Source: Chiloscyllium plagiosum
Taxonomy: Eukaryota
Assembly (NCBI RefSeq): GCF_004010195.1
Contig: NC_057711.1
Span: 79,332,866 to 79,396,865, forward strand
Reading direction: 5' to 3'
Length of the DNA stretch: 64,000 bases
Under the pieces are notes generated by a model. That model was not told the DNA's origin and did no database searches. It saw nothing but the letters and a program-made list of their open reading frames with translations. The position numbers were made by a program, and so were the translations under genes. This document shows positions 11,121-24,310 of the stretch, one piece after another. Each line of letters opens with the position of its first letter. Within the stretch, counting starts at the first letter, position 1.

Positions 11121-14100
11121 GATTTTTTTAAAAACTGCCTTTCTAAATAAATGCAATAACAAAACCCTGACCTTTATAGATCTTTGACATTCATGCCCAA
11201 ATAAAGAAAGCCCAAATCAATACATTTCAATAGTTGCACATTGGACAATTCCTTGACCTGACCGATCATCCATTTCAAATTTCCTCTGCACTCTCTACAT
11301 TCTGAATTATTTTGCAATGGAAGTCAAAGCAATCTGAATCATTATGATCTGAAGTAGCAGCATGAGACCTGTCTAACATCGATGGAATATGAGGGGTGAG
11401 GAGGTGGTGGGGAAAGCAGCATGTTACAACTGAGCAGACTCTTGGCTGAGCAGAGAGTAAACTGTTTTTATGGCCTAGTAGTAGCTACATCATGTCAGAA
11501 GTAAGACACCCAAGGAACCTTCTTAATTGGCTCTATGATCTCTGCAATATGAAAAGCGGTGAGCTATGTTTCCAATCATTACAGCCTGATACATGTAGGT
11601 GTATCGAAGTTTATTCAAATTTCATATTAGCTGAGGTGCATGTGAGTCCCTCAGGGGGTTAGTGAGGTTTTTGCAAAAGGATCACATTTAAAGTGGCAGT
11701 GGCAGTAATCTTAATGTGAAGGCAACAGACGCACTCTTCTTCCATAACCTCCAGCAGCCTATTCTTGCAGAATTAAATCTAACAATGTTTCACCAATTTT
11801 GGAAATGAGTTTGTCAGTGGGAACAGGACCCATTTCCATAACTGCACACATTTTAAGCAAGTGGCTTAGTTGCCTGAAATAAATAGGTGGTAACAAAATT
11901 ATCAGTTCCATGCAAAATTCGGACTTGGGCCTTCCCATCAACATTCCCCCTAACCTACATGGCTCTGCAGCAATTAGAAGTGTGCCACATAGTGGACCAA
12001 CTGGATACACACAAGCAGGGATTCCTTTAAGATACATAAACGCAGTAATCTTATCGGAACTGTTGTGGAACAAACAGGGCACATTCAGCACAGAGAAATT
12101 AAAGGAAACTTTACTCTCACTGCTAAATATATAGTCAAAACATCCATGTTACAATTGTAAAACAATGATGAATTTAGGCGGTTGTGTGCTTCATTTATAG
12201 TTAATAAGCATCATTATATATTACACTTGTATTTGATGTAGCTTTATTAAATGGAAATTCAAAAGAATCTAACAGAGGTATTGTTTTAAAAACTATCTGT
12301 CTTTCAAACATGCATGTCTCTTCACACATTTCAATATAATTTAAATGGAAACACCAGAAAAAATCCTTCTGATGTGATGCTTTGATTTTCAACATCGCCT
12401 GATAAAATAAGGTAGGAATAAATAGACCCATCAATTAATTTGAACAGTAGCTGATCCATGAATACACAGTACAGATGCAAATATCGCAATGTGGAGACAC
12501 CAAAAGAAATGTGTTATGTGTTAGTGTGGCTTAAGCTTTTCACCTGTATTTATAGCTGCAATTATATCTCAATGAGGTTTGTCTACAGCTTTGGCTGCAC
12601 GCTAATTTTCTTCCTCACTGAATTCAAGGAATGGTTTGGACTGTTTATGAACCAGACATATTGACCTCATTTACAGCTAGCAGTTTAAATCCATAATTTT
12701 TCCACCCACAATCCTCTTTGACATTCCGGTGGTGTGGTAAGCTCAGTGAAACTGAACTAAAAGTCTCACACTTCATTGAACACCATTATGCGGCTTTATG
12801 CTTATAAGCCTGTTTCCCTCGGCTGCCTTTCAGCTTTGCTGGAAATCAGTTTGGCCACAGGCTGGTGGTGATTAATTGGAAGAATCCAATAAATCAGCCT
12901 GTCAGCCAGCAGGCTTTCCTCACTCCATCTACAAATCGACATTTGGATTTTGCTTTCTCTGGGGCCATCAGGCACCTCTCCTCGCACAAGGTGAACTTGA
13001 ATGTATTGTGAGCATCAGTGGGTCTCGCAAGCAGTCCCATGGCAGGTTTTCTGTATCCCCATGATTTGTGTGCTCAGAGTTGACGCTTATGTTAAATAGA
13101 TACTGTCCTCCTCACTAGACCTTTCAGTTGCCATATCTTTGTCAAGTTACAGCAGCTGCATGCACAACTAAAATGATTTGTCTTTCTGGATTACTTATTT
13201 GTTATCTTCCTAATAAATAATATACAATTTAGATAATGCTTCATTGCCGGGTTGTACTAAGAATGTAATACAAGCATGTGAAGTTATTTTGTTACAACTC
13301 TGTGGCAGATGAATTTGATTTAGCCTGAGGATGCTGGCAGACCCAAGCAGAAACAGCAGATTTTTAAGCAACACATGTATAAAAGCAGCACCTCACATTC
13401 TGCAATAACCTGTAATTGTGAGTGATTTTATCAGGGCAGTGATTTGCAAACTATGAGGCCCAAATAATATTAAGCCATGGAATGATTGACAAAGCTGTAA
13501 TTATAAACGTTCGAGTGACATTACATTTTGCAGTTTGGTTGGGGAAAAGCATGCATTTGACATTTGTAGCACATAATTGAAAATGATTCGTTTTGGTCAT
13601 AATTTATTGAAGGTTGCTCTAAAATATTGCATGTAGGGGAGGTGCATTTCAAGAATTTCCCATAAGTTACAATAGGATTACATGAAGGAATTTCAAAGAT
13701 TTCTTTTTAAAAATGCTCCTTATATTTCACTAGATAAAAAGCCAGGGAGCAACGATTGTGTAATGAAATGTGCCTATTGGAATAGTAACTGTGAAGATAA
13801 TTTTCTCCTTTATGTGCACAAGGTGCGATGGTGGACTCATATTGCAAATCTCTTACATTGTGCTTGAGGGGGTGTGCACCATTTATCAAGCTGACTGGGC
13901 TGTCATATCAGTGGAAAGTGCTTGGAGAGCCTTGACCAGGAGATTGAAGGTTGGTAGCAATTTACTGAAACAGAAACGCAGTGAACAGGAAAGAGATGGG
14001 CTCCTAATCTCTTCAATTTTCTTACGCAACCCCAGCGGCTAAAGAATAAAATGAAACGGTAGCTGGTGACAACTTTGGGAGGGGGTGGAAAGCTCGGATT

Positions 14101-14629
14101 GCCCAGCAGGAGAAATGTGCAAAATCAAAGTGCTGCTACAGTTTGGAGGCTGAACTGAAATAAATGGTTGATGGTGCAGAGTAGGAAGGGGAGGGGAAGT
14201 GGCGAAGGGAGGGGGAAAGAATGTTACCCATCTTTAAGCCTTGTCAATTCAATGATCAGTGCTCCCATTCATCTGTTCAGCCTGCTAGTTCCACGCTATA
14301 ATGTGTTAGGTAAACCTTGATCCAACTGACAATGCTCAAATCAGATTTGATTTGATTGTTCACATGTGAATGCCACATGACAGTAGCTGCCTAAAGATGT
14401 TAGTGAAATGCTTGTAGTTTTCTTAAAGGCATACTTCTTTTCAAAATTAATTTCACATCAGATTCCACTATTGTAGCACTTAAAAATGCAAGGTCTTTTG
14501 GAATATATTGGAAAGATAATGGTTTCATTGCATTTGCTGATTTTTAACATTAAGTTTACATTTACTTATAAATCTGTAACTTTGCAGAAACTAACATTCA
14601 GAATTCAAATAATGACAAACGGAACACAA

Positions 14630-14930
14630 TAGCATTGATTCCCAATCTGTTCTGAATTAGCTGACCTTAGCAGACCTGTGCTTGCAGCACTATAATTGCT
14701 CTCAACACTCTTGTCCTAGCTCAGGGAACAAACAGTTGCAAGTGTACCCATTGTGCCTGTGTCAAATATGCACTCATTGCACAACCAATGCCGATCGAAA
14801 TGGATTCAGCTATGATGCCTTCCACAGTTGAATGTCTGCTGGTGCACACTGTAGAGGCTTATGGTTGAGATACGAAACTGATCTTACTGGATTTTACTGG
14901 CACCTTCAAAAGAAGCAAAGAAAGTGAGAA
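14630..14930 (+). mobile_element. Ancient SINE-like remnant (family not assigned)
   Basis: CTGAATTAGCTGACCTTAGC..CACTATAATTG..GCTATGATGCCTTCCACAGT resembles a recalled old chondrichthyan SINE. Confidence 0.4.
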
Positions 14931-17900
14931 AAAATACTTCTAAATAATGAGGAAACTATGCTGATCATATAATTAGAAGTACTCCATGATCATTTTGTCC
15001 TGCTCAGGAAAACTATTCTGACTACAAAGAAACAAAAGGAAAAAAAAATTTCTATTTTCAGAAATGCCAACCTACTTTTGTTTCTTGGCAGATGTGAATG
15101 CTACACAGTCTCAAGTGTAATTTGTTTTCATGCCACCAAGTAAGAAAAACAACCAGAATATTTATTGAAGTACTAAAATAATGCTTCTATGGGATTCCAA
15201 TAGTAAGCAAAAAGAAAACTTTTCTGAGTTTAATCATGAAAGTTGTTGGAGAAACAACAGCATTACCTCAGTGGAACAAATGGATAATTGTATCAAGTTG
15301 AGCTTTTTTCCTCCTGGTTCCCACTCCCAGCTTCAAACCTTGTGCATGAAATCTCATTCTCCAGATGGAGTTCAGGAACTGACAGATGTTTTCTTGGTTT
15401 TTTTAATTGCAGCTTCAACAAAGCTATGTTCTTCCCTCAAAATTAAAGATTGACAATTTGTGCAATGACTTCGAGACAAAGACTCATCTCCGTGGTCGTT
15501 TTTACATATATCATTTAAAGGATAGTTCAGAGTGGTGAGAGAAGATCTTTAACTGGTAATAAGGTTTAGAGAGATAACTGAAGCTGGATTTAGCCAGAAT
15601 TTAGCAATTAAACTTGCTTTATTTACCTGTCGGATAAGGACAGTACTCAGCAAGTATAGCTGCATGAAATGTAGCGGGTGAATCAGGAATGGTAGGATTT
15701 ACCATCATAAACCAGATACTTCAGGAGAATGCCATTAGCTAAAGCAGAATGCTTTAATAGTTCACAGTCTAGATTTGGGAACCAGTGAATACATTTGAAA
15801 AATAGCAGCAGTCTAAGAATTAACAGCTTTGATAAAATTGTTTTTCCTTTGTTTAAGAGCTGCCTAATAGGGAGATCTGCACCTAAGGAAGGGACCTGCT
15901 CTCTGCCAGTGCTTTTCATTAACAAAAACCAGTATGAGTCACCATGCAGAATTTTAACTTTCCAAAATGTACACTAAGTTAAAACGGTAAAATCCAAGCC
16001 ATCTTGAACACACCCATGTCTTTTGTTAATGGATGCAGGCTGAGGAGCAGGCAGCCAGTGGCTCTCAGGAGGTAGGTTGGTCTGTATCAACTTCTAAGGA
16101 GCGAACATGCCTTCATTTCAACATTTCGAAGTACTGACAGCCGGTAAGTACTTTCTTCTAGGCCTAACAAGCTGCACTATTAATTCATCGCCCAATCGTG
16201 AACTCAGCCTTCACCTCCTCACCCCTCCAATCTCTAAATACCACCAGCAGGTTTACCTTCCCCCAGGCTGCAGCCTTGTGCCACAAAAATTCCTGTCCAA
16301 CAGACAGACAGTATATTAATCAGACTGTTGTTAAGTCGGAAACCTAGAGGAATGGATTAAAACACTTCCTTGAGTTAAAACTCCATGCTGTCCGGAGAAA
16401 CAAGTAAGTTTCCCAACAATAAGTCATCTATTCCACTACTTACTCAGACAGCTACAACTGAAGCTTCTCTCTTACTTTTTAAAGCTACTCTAGTCTTAAT
16501 TTTCTTTGTTCTGAAGATGCACATTAGCTCCAATTGACATCTCCTCCTTTTAACTTATCATGCATTGGAAAATCACTGTAATGGGGTGAGAGTTCTGATT
16601 TTGGACCTGGATCCTTCCATTGTGTGATGCAACTGATCATAGATCCATCATTATGTTACACTGAGGCCTGAAACTGTCAAAACTTATTTTAATCATGACC
16701 TGTAACTGACGAAAGCTGACATTTACATCTTATCCTTTGGCTGATTTTGAACTTGGCTCTGCAGAGCTGAAGGACATATGATGACATGTTTTTTTTAAAC
16801 CAGACAACTGTAACAGCATTTGCTTTTCTTTGCTTTTGTGGTCCGTGATGTTAGTAATAATCACCCTTTTCTTTTACCTCATGTCTGACATTTAAACAAA
16901 GGGAGAGAGAGGCATAATGAAAATGCCACAGGTAATGCTGTATTTTCAAGCTCATGCTTGTTCACAGTTTTCAGTCCATTTTACAATTCTATACAAAAAT
17001 TGAGACTATTTCCTTGCTCAGAATGTGCTTTTGCTTTTTATAACGAGAAAATATTAACAAAGATCATATTGGAACTGTGATTTTATGGCTTTTACAATTC
17101 CTTGCCTCTATTACAGTATTACAGTAATATTACACTATTACACTAAAGCTTACATTTTTCAACTTTCAGCAGAGGGCTAAACTGTATTTCAGAAAGCATT
17201 GCCAGTGTTGCTTGGAATAAGCAATCAGTTTCTTTCAGGTATGAATAAGAAAATGCATCATGGCAGTGACTTATTGGAAATTCTTAAGTGGTATTTCTTG
17301 AAACAAAGTTCAAATCAAAAAGGTTTTTATTACAAAAACCTTGTAAATTAGAACATTTATTTCTGTGATTACACTTTATGAACTTCAACTTCAAAGATGT
17401 TACTGCAGCTCAGATGCATCTTTCAACTATTAAAAAGAGTCTTGAGCACTCAAAGAGTTAATCTAAAATTCAGGCCAAGCTGTTCAATTTTTAATACCCC
17501 AATGTTATTTTCTATTCTTCTTGGTTCTGAACTAATAATCTAAAATCAAATTCTTGATTTTTTTAATAACTAATATTTCAGTAAATGTGAGCAAAGTTTT
17601 CATTGTGACTGCTTTTTATATGTTTAAAGTTGGACACTTACAAAATTGATAATAAACTCAATAACATTTTATGTGCACATACCTTCTAAATTGAAGAGAT
17701 TCTATAGCTTTAATGGAAACTTTTATTGTGCGCAGTCCTCTTGGGGAAAACATTTTGAAATGAAAATAAAAAGAGGTTATCAGACTAGACCAGAAGAACT
17801 TTAACAGCATATACTGCAAATATGTCGTAAGTGTGCAACACATCTAAGTTTTTGGTGCTACTGTCCATAGTAATAGAAGGACACTTCTGTGGGAAAGGAA

Positions 17901-18789
17901 ATCAGCCAATGACAGAAAAGAAAAAAATAATGAACGGAAAACACAGGATACCCTATACTTGAATTACCAAAGGAATACCATCAAGTGGTTCACATAACAA
18001 AATACTCTCAGAGTGAAATGGACTGATCATCAATTGAACACACCATCTGAATTCCTGTCTTAAATCCATGTATGATGTGCAGCTTTATAAGGACAGAAAT
18101 TTTATACAACAGTTGCTAAGTGATTTCTGTGTACAACATAGTTTATCCTTTTAAGGTTCATTGCCATGAGTAAACATATACCGAAACCAAGTGGAGGCTA
18201 ATTTCTTTTTGGTAAATCTTATATTCCAATGTTCATTTAGTTCTTTTGAAACCAAGATAAAGTGATTGTCTTCCTTCCAGTATTGTCAGGTGAAATTAGA
18301 AATGAACATATGTGGTAAAATACCATTTATGAATGGTAGGAGACTAATTTCAAAACTTTAAAGTTAGACAGGCATAGACAGATGATGCTTTTTCTAACTG
18401 AGCACTCCTAGTACAGAAGTTTAAATAAAAGGAGCATTAGTCAGGAATTAGAACACGACTTTCAGTGATTTTTCCAATTGTTCTTTGCAAACTTTATGCC
18501 ACAATCAGTGCCCATATTTTTAATATGTGCTCTAATTAGGAGCAATTAGTATAATATACCCCAAATTGATTTTTCACATAAATAGATTTTTGTTTTCATT
18601 GAGCAGCAACCATTTTCTTGGCTGTTGCGAATGACTTTTACTTTGAAGAGAAAACTAGCGTGTCACATGAGACATGACAGATCATGAACTTGATGAATGA
18701 AGACCTCATAAATTATTAGTATTTGTTCAGTTTTACCAGATTATTGTAGATAGTGATTTCTGAAAACACTTGCAATCTAATATATATTA

Positions 18790-19500
18790 CAGCAGCACCA
18801 TGTATTCATATTATGTCATTGATGTAATAAACGTTCCAAGGTGCTTCACAGAGGCATTACAGAACAAAATATGACACCTAGCTACACAAGGTGATGTTAG
18901 TAAAGACAACATCTTTGTCAATGGAGTAGATTTTAAAAAATGTCTTAGGGGAAGAAACTAATCGATTGAGGCGCCAAAAGTGTTCCAGAGCTAAGCACCA
19001 AAGCAGTCGAAATAACAGTGGCAATAGTGGAACAAATAAAACTGGGGAAGCTTAAGAGGTTGGAATTAAAGCAGTAAGATACCCTGAAGATAGCTAGAGG
19101 GGATTACAGAGATGGGGTGGTGTAGTGTTTGTAATCCAGGTGGACCATATAGAATATGAGTTCCCTGATTGGGACTTTTAACCTGGTCCAATCAGGGAGC
19201 CCTGGCTGACAGGTAAAAACAGGCGTGTCAGAGGTTCTGTTCACTCTGAGCTGGCTCTGAGGAAGCCGGACCAGCATCAAGTGATGTACACATCTAAATA
19301 ATGGGTGACTAGATGACATGATACTCTGTGAAGTTAATTCAGGAAGGACCAGGCCATGGAGGGATTTCAGTACAAGGATAAGAATTTTAAAATTGAGCTA
19401 AGTTCAACCAGGAGTTAGCTAGGGTCAGTGAACACAGACATATTGGATGAAAGGCATTTAAGATGACTTAAGACAAGGGGGAGCAAAGTTTTAAATAAAA
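18790..19500 (-). mobile_element. L2-type LINE 3' end, interrupted by a solo LTR
   Basis: AAACGTTCCAAGGTGCTTCACAG tail; body resumes at GGCCATGGAGGGATTT after the LTR. Confidence 0.65.
19121..19341 (+). mobile_element. Short solo LTR (Gypsy-like)
   Basis: TG...CA termini, internal inverted repeat TCCCTGATTGG/CCAATCAGGGA, degenerate TATA-like and polyA-like motifs; splits the L2 fragment. Confidence 0.7.
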
Positions 19501-19544
19501 ACCACGTGATATTATCAATTCAGAGCTGGATTTTCATAGAACCA

Positions 19545-20190
19545 GACAAACATATGAAATAGGAACAGGAGTGGGCCATTTGGCCCCTTGAGCCTGATCT
19601 ACTATTCAGGTCATGTTTAATCTGTTCGTGTTTCGAATTCAGCATAGAATCATAGAGTCATACAACATTTTGGTTCAACTCATCCATGCCGACCATTTTT
19701 CCTAAACTAAACTAGTCCCATTTGTCTACCTTTGGCCCATATCTCTTTAAATGTTTCCTATTCATGTACCTGACAAATGTCTTTTAGAAGTTGTAACTGT
19801 TTCTGCCTCTGCCACTTTATCTGGCAGTTAATTCCAAATACACAGCAAACTTTGTGTGAAAACTTTGTCCCGCAGATCCTTTTTAAATCTTTCTCCTTTC
19901 ACTTTCAGCAATTGTCCTTTAGTTTTGAACTAGCATAGCATTTGATTTCCTTTGCCTAACAAAAATCTATCCACTTCTGTCTTCAAAATTGTTAATGTTC
20001 TTGATTCCCCTGCCTTGTGCGGCTGAGTTCCCAAGTCACACAGCCCTCAGAAAAGAAATTGTTCTCATCTTTGTCCTAAAAGGGGACCAGTACATTTAAA
20101 ACATTTCCCCATAGTCCTGGAGTGATCAGAAGAGGAAACATCCTTTCTGCATTAACCTTGTCAAGAACATTCTTGATCTTATTCAATCAA
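19545..20190 (-). mobile_element. CR1 3' end with nested HER-type 3' end (~19645-19930)
   Basis: Two LINE tails: ATATGAAATAGGAACAGGAG.. and CATAGAATCATAGAGTCATAC.. Confidence 0.7.
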
Positions 20191-22505
20191 TGGAGCTTTA
20201 AAATGGTGGCCAGAGTCCAATTCTGAGATTCTTGGCCCGATTTCCAGTCACCCAATTTTCATCGAAGCAGGATAAAGGTGTGGACTGGTGCAGATCACAA
20301 ACTTGCTATACACAATACTGAACCAGCTGGCTTCAGTTTACAAATAGGCATCTTCTCATCTTCTGCAATTTTCATGGCGTCAGGCTTGATTTTCAAGGAG
20401 TCATGGTTCACAGCTCCTCATAGAAATTGTGAACCATAGCATGGATGAAAGAATTTCAAAAGGACAAACACATGTTCCCCATACCAACCAATTATCCTCT
20501 ACCTATCATCCATGACCTCATGTACTCCACTTCAACCTTTGCCCTTCTACACAATCCCAGGGCCCCTCATATTTTCTATACCAAAGTTACCCCTTCATCC
20601 TTATCCCCATGCACCTTAATACCTGCTAAGTCTACCCAAAAGGCATCTATGCCAATTTTCTCAGAATGTTCTGTATCAAATTAATAAACTCTATACCTGT
20701 AGTAACAATACCATGCGTATAAAAATATTTTTTTAAAATGTCATTCATCTGATGAAAGAAATTACTTTTACTAAGGCTTCATAGAAAGTTTAAGATATTT
20801 CGAGTATCAATAGCACCTCTTTATTTTGTGTCAATAAAAACAATTGTGAAATAGATCTCAGAGAAAAGCTGTTAATCGAACAATGTTTCATGGTCACAAT
20901 TGTTTCAACAAACCAATGACTATTGTTACTGTCAGCCAAGCACCATTATGCTTCCTGTAAAGCCCATGAGGGTCAAATAATGTCACAACGTACAATGTAA
21001 GCTAACGATACCTCAAAGAGTTGCCAGGGAGAGGGATGGAAACCATGTTGAGGGAGTGGAGGTTATGGCATGGAAAGAGAAAAGAAAAGAAAAGTGTAAT
21101 GATACCTCAATATTTGACCTTATATGCTACTTAAAATGGAAGAGTTTCTCCTCATTGGACCAGAACAAAAGCAATGAAATGAGGATCAATGGAAAGGATT
21201 ATCCTGGTTTGATTCTCAGTTTAGTGGTGATGAGGTGGTGGTGGAGGAAGTTGGGGGTGGTTGGTTGTGGGAGTGGGAGCTTGGTGAATGTTGCTGACTA
21301 CTGGTAAGGACAGCATTTCTTGCCCACCCTAATTCTTATCATAAATTGGTGTTATGGTAGGTAGTCCCAGCTAGAAAACGGTGTTTGTTCAGTGTGCCTA
21401 GTGTAGAGAGAGAAGTAAAAACAATGATTCTTGATATTTGTTCTCCTATTAAAGAGTATATATACTGCCACGTGCAGTATATTGACTTGGATTGGAGAGT
21501 GTTCACTGCATGGAAAACTGTTCCCCAACAAAAAGCTGAAGTCTTGAACAGAAAATTGGACAATTGCAAAGGAAATTGTAAAGAATTGCTAAAAGCTGAT
21601 TAAAAAAAAGTTAACATAGGATGTTATCTGTTTTATCTGCACTGGGGTTTGAACATAAAAAGAAAAATGTAGGAATACATATATGGGAGAATGAGCATTA
21701 TTCATGAGTGCCTATTATAAGACCCAACATTTAATAAGGCTACTTCCTTTTCTTGAGCAAAAGATATAAATCTTAAATGTAGTGCAACTGTATCTGCTCA
21801 ATAGATTGTTGCATTGACTGCAGTAATTTTGTCATTATTTATTCATAATGGATATATTATTCATTTTTCAACTATATGTAATTTCAATCCTTTTCTGTAT
21901 AGTAATGTTATACTGCACTGTATCAGTCGTATGTTTAGATCAGTGATATCATCTGTTAACTTCTGGGAAGTTATCAACATAGTAATGATGTAATCCCTTA
22001 TGATGGTTAAATGATGTGGTCATAGTGAAACTTTCTTTTATACAACTTCTGCTCTTTAATTATTTACCTGAAATTTGCATAACTGTTTCATGAACAGGAT
22101 TACATTTTAAAATTGCCTACTGATTACCCACCTCCAACCCCAAAGTAATACAGGACTGGAATAAACTCTTAATCAAGATTAGCATTTAAAATATTTTCAT
22201 ATTTATACCTGATTAATAGATCTTTGTTTCAAGTCAACATCTTTGACATTTTTGTCACTAATCTGCTCTAGTTCCTGTTCACCGTTCTTGATCTGACACA
22301 GGATGTTGAAATATTTTGATAATCAATAAAAAAAATTGAGAAACAATTAGCTCTGTCATTTAATGTTGTACTTTGCACCATTGAAACTGGCAGCAATTAG
22401 CAAGGTAAACTCATTGTTAATACTTTGACTGATAAAAAGTTTAAATATCAAATACCCTTTTAAAGCTATTATATACTTTATTGGAATACTGTGAAGTGAG
22501 ATTAT

Positions 22506-22662
22506 ATTTTTTTTTTAGTACTTATATTTTCCCCAGCACCCGTGTTGTGTGTGTGCAGGTGTGAGACACACTGAAAGACGACAGGTGTACAAATCTTTAT
22601 TCAATTTCCACCACTAGGAAGAAAGGAAACACCAAGGTGGTCAGTGACAAGCAATGCCCTTC
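22506..22662 (-). mobile_element. Probable L1/Tx1-like 3' terminus
   Basis: T-run (polyA on minus), minus-strand AATAAA near 22596, distinct composition; family recalled, not verified. Confidence 0.4.
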
Positions 22663-22840
22663 TGAGGTTATGTTCTATTGAGTGTCTCATGTTTCTTAGG
22701 AATGGCTCAAAGCAGATATGGACAGATAATGATTTCAGCAAAATGATGTAATACCTCTATTGCAATTCTGCTCTGTGTTATTTCAAATCAATTCTTTGCA
22801 ATTCTGCTTGTGGTACTCTCGTTCATGCATCTTTAAATTC

Positions 22841-23074
22841 GATTAGATTAGATTACCTACAGTATGGAAACAGGGCCTTCAGCCCAACAGTCCACTGACC
22901 CTCCGAAGAGTAACCTACCCAGACCCATTCCCCTACCCTACACTTACCCCTGACTAATGCATCTAACACTATGGGACAATTTAGCATGGCCATTTCACCT
23001 GACCTGCACATGTTTGGATTGTGGAAGGAAACCGGAGCACTTGAAGGAAACCCACGCAGACACGGGGAGAATGT
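22841..23074 (-). mobile_element. HE1 SINE, 5'-truncated
   Basis: (GATTA)n tail and core GGAAACCCACGCAGACACGGGGAGAATG. Confidence 0.9.
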
Positions 23075-23453
23075 TTGACTCTTCTTGTCATTGGTCACTA
23101 AGAGGTGAAAAGTCACCTAAAATGCCCCAGAATTAATGTTAGTTCTTGAACAAAGCCCCTAGCTCTTTTACATTTGAGATTGGTCAATACATCAGCAGAG
23201 GCATTCTATTAGAATTACTGGCCTTAAACTGCTGATGGTTCTTTCATGTTTATAAAACTGTAAATTTTGTAAGTTAAATTATAGGAATGAATAGTTGGAA
23301 TGATAAAGCAAACTTTATTACTATATTGTAGTCACATGCTTTCCTTCTTTCTAAAACAGTTTTTTCTCGAGGTTAGATTTTAACTGCGTCTGATGTTCGG
23401 AATGACTGATGCTACCAAATAAAGTCATCGGTGTAGTTGGGGGTCGATAAATA

Positions 23454-24065
23454 GCCGGTGTGGCCTCCTCTATATTGGGGAGACAGGCCGCCTACTTGCG
23501 GAGCGATTCAGAGAGCACCTCTGGGCCACCAGGACGAACCAACCCAACCACCCTGTAGCACAGCATTTCAACTCCCCCTCCCACTCCACCGAGGATATGC
23601 AGGTCATTGGACTCATCCACCGCCAAACCACAACAACGCCACGGTCGGAGGAGGAGCGTCTTATCTTCCGACCGGGAACCCTCCAACCACAGGGGATGAA
23701 CATGGACTTCACCAGTTTCTTCATCCCCCCATCCCCCCAACTTGTCTCAGCCGAATCCCTCCAGCCCGGCACCGCCGTCCTGACCTGCAGTCTTCTTCTT
23801 GACCTCTCCGCCTCCATCCTACTCCGACCTATCACCCTCACCTTGACCTCTTTCCACCTATCACATTTCCAACGCCCCTCCTCCAAGTCCCTCCTCCCTA
23901 CCTTTTATCTTCTCCTGCTGAACACTCTCTGCTCATTCCTGAAGAAGGGCATGTGCCCGAAACGTCGAATCTTCTGTCCCCTAGATGCTGCCTGACCTGC
24001 TGTGCAGTTCCAGCAATAAAGTTTCAACTTTGATCTCCAGCATCTGCAGACCTCACTTTCTCCTC
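23454..24065 (+). mobile_element. Penelope-like element, 5'-truncated (GIY-YIG C-terminus plus terminal repeat)
   Basis: Translation LLYIGETGRLLAERFREH..HPVAQHFNSPSH..EEERLIFRPGTLQPQGMN; 12-bp TSD GGTCGATAAATA at 23442-23453 and 24066-24077. Confidence 0.92.
23935..23970 (+). ncRNA. Minimal type-I hammerhead ribozyme
   Basis: ATTC-CTGAAGA-A-GGGC(ATGT)GCCC-GAAA-C-GTC-GAAT: intact core, stem I ATTC/GAAT, stem II GGGC/GCCC, palindromic ACGT stem III, GUC site. Confidence 0.8.
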
Positions 24066-24174
24066 GGTCGATAAATAACGCAAGTTCAACTAATCAACTC
24101 GCCTAAATAACACTATTTCAGTCTCTAAATGAAACAAGGATTAATTCAGAAGGTTGGGAACTGAACAAAATACA

Positions 24175-24310
24175 TATTGTTGCATTACATGGGTTTATAT
24201 ATACAACATATCATACCTTTAATGTAATAAAATGCCCTGTGCGGTCTTACGGGAGTGTTATCAATCAAAATTTGACACTGTATAAATTGACATAGAAAAT
24301 CAAATGTGAT
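24175..24310 (-). mobile_element. L2-type LINE 3' tail fragment
   Basis: CCTTTAATGTAATAAAATGCCC..GGAGTGTTATC..AAATTTGACAC, similar to 18800-18880. Confidence 0.55.

Noticed and set aside
11759..12091. 110-aa minus ORF with an internal acceptor-like site
   Set aside because: No recognisable protein similarity and no partner exon.
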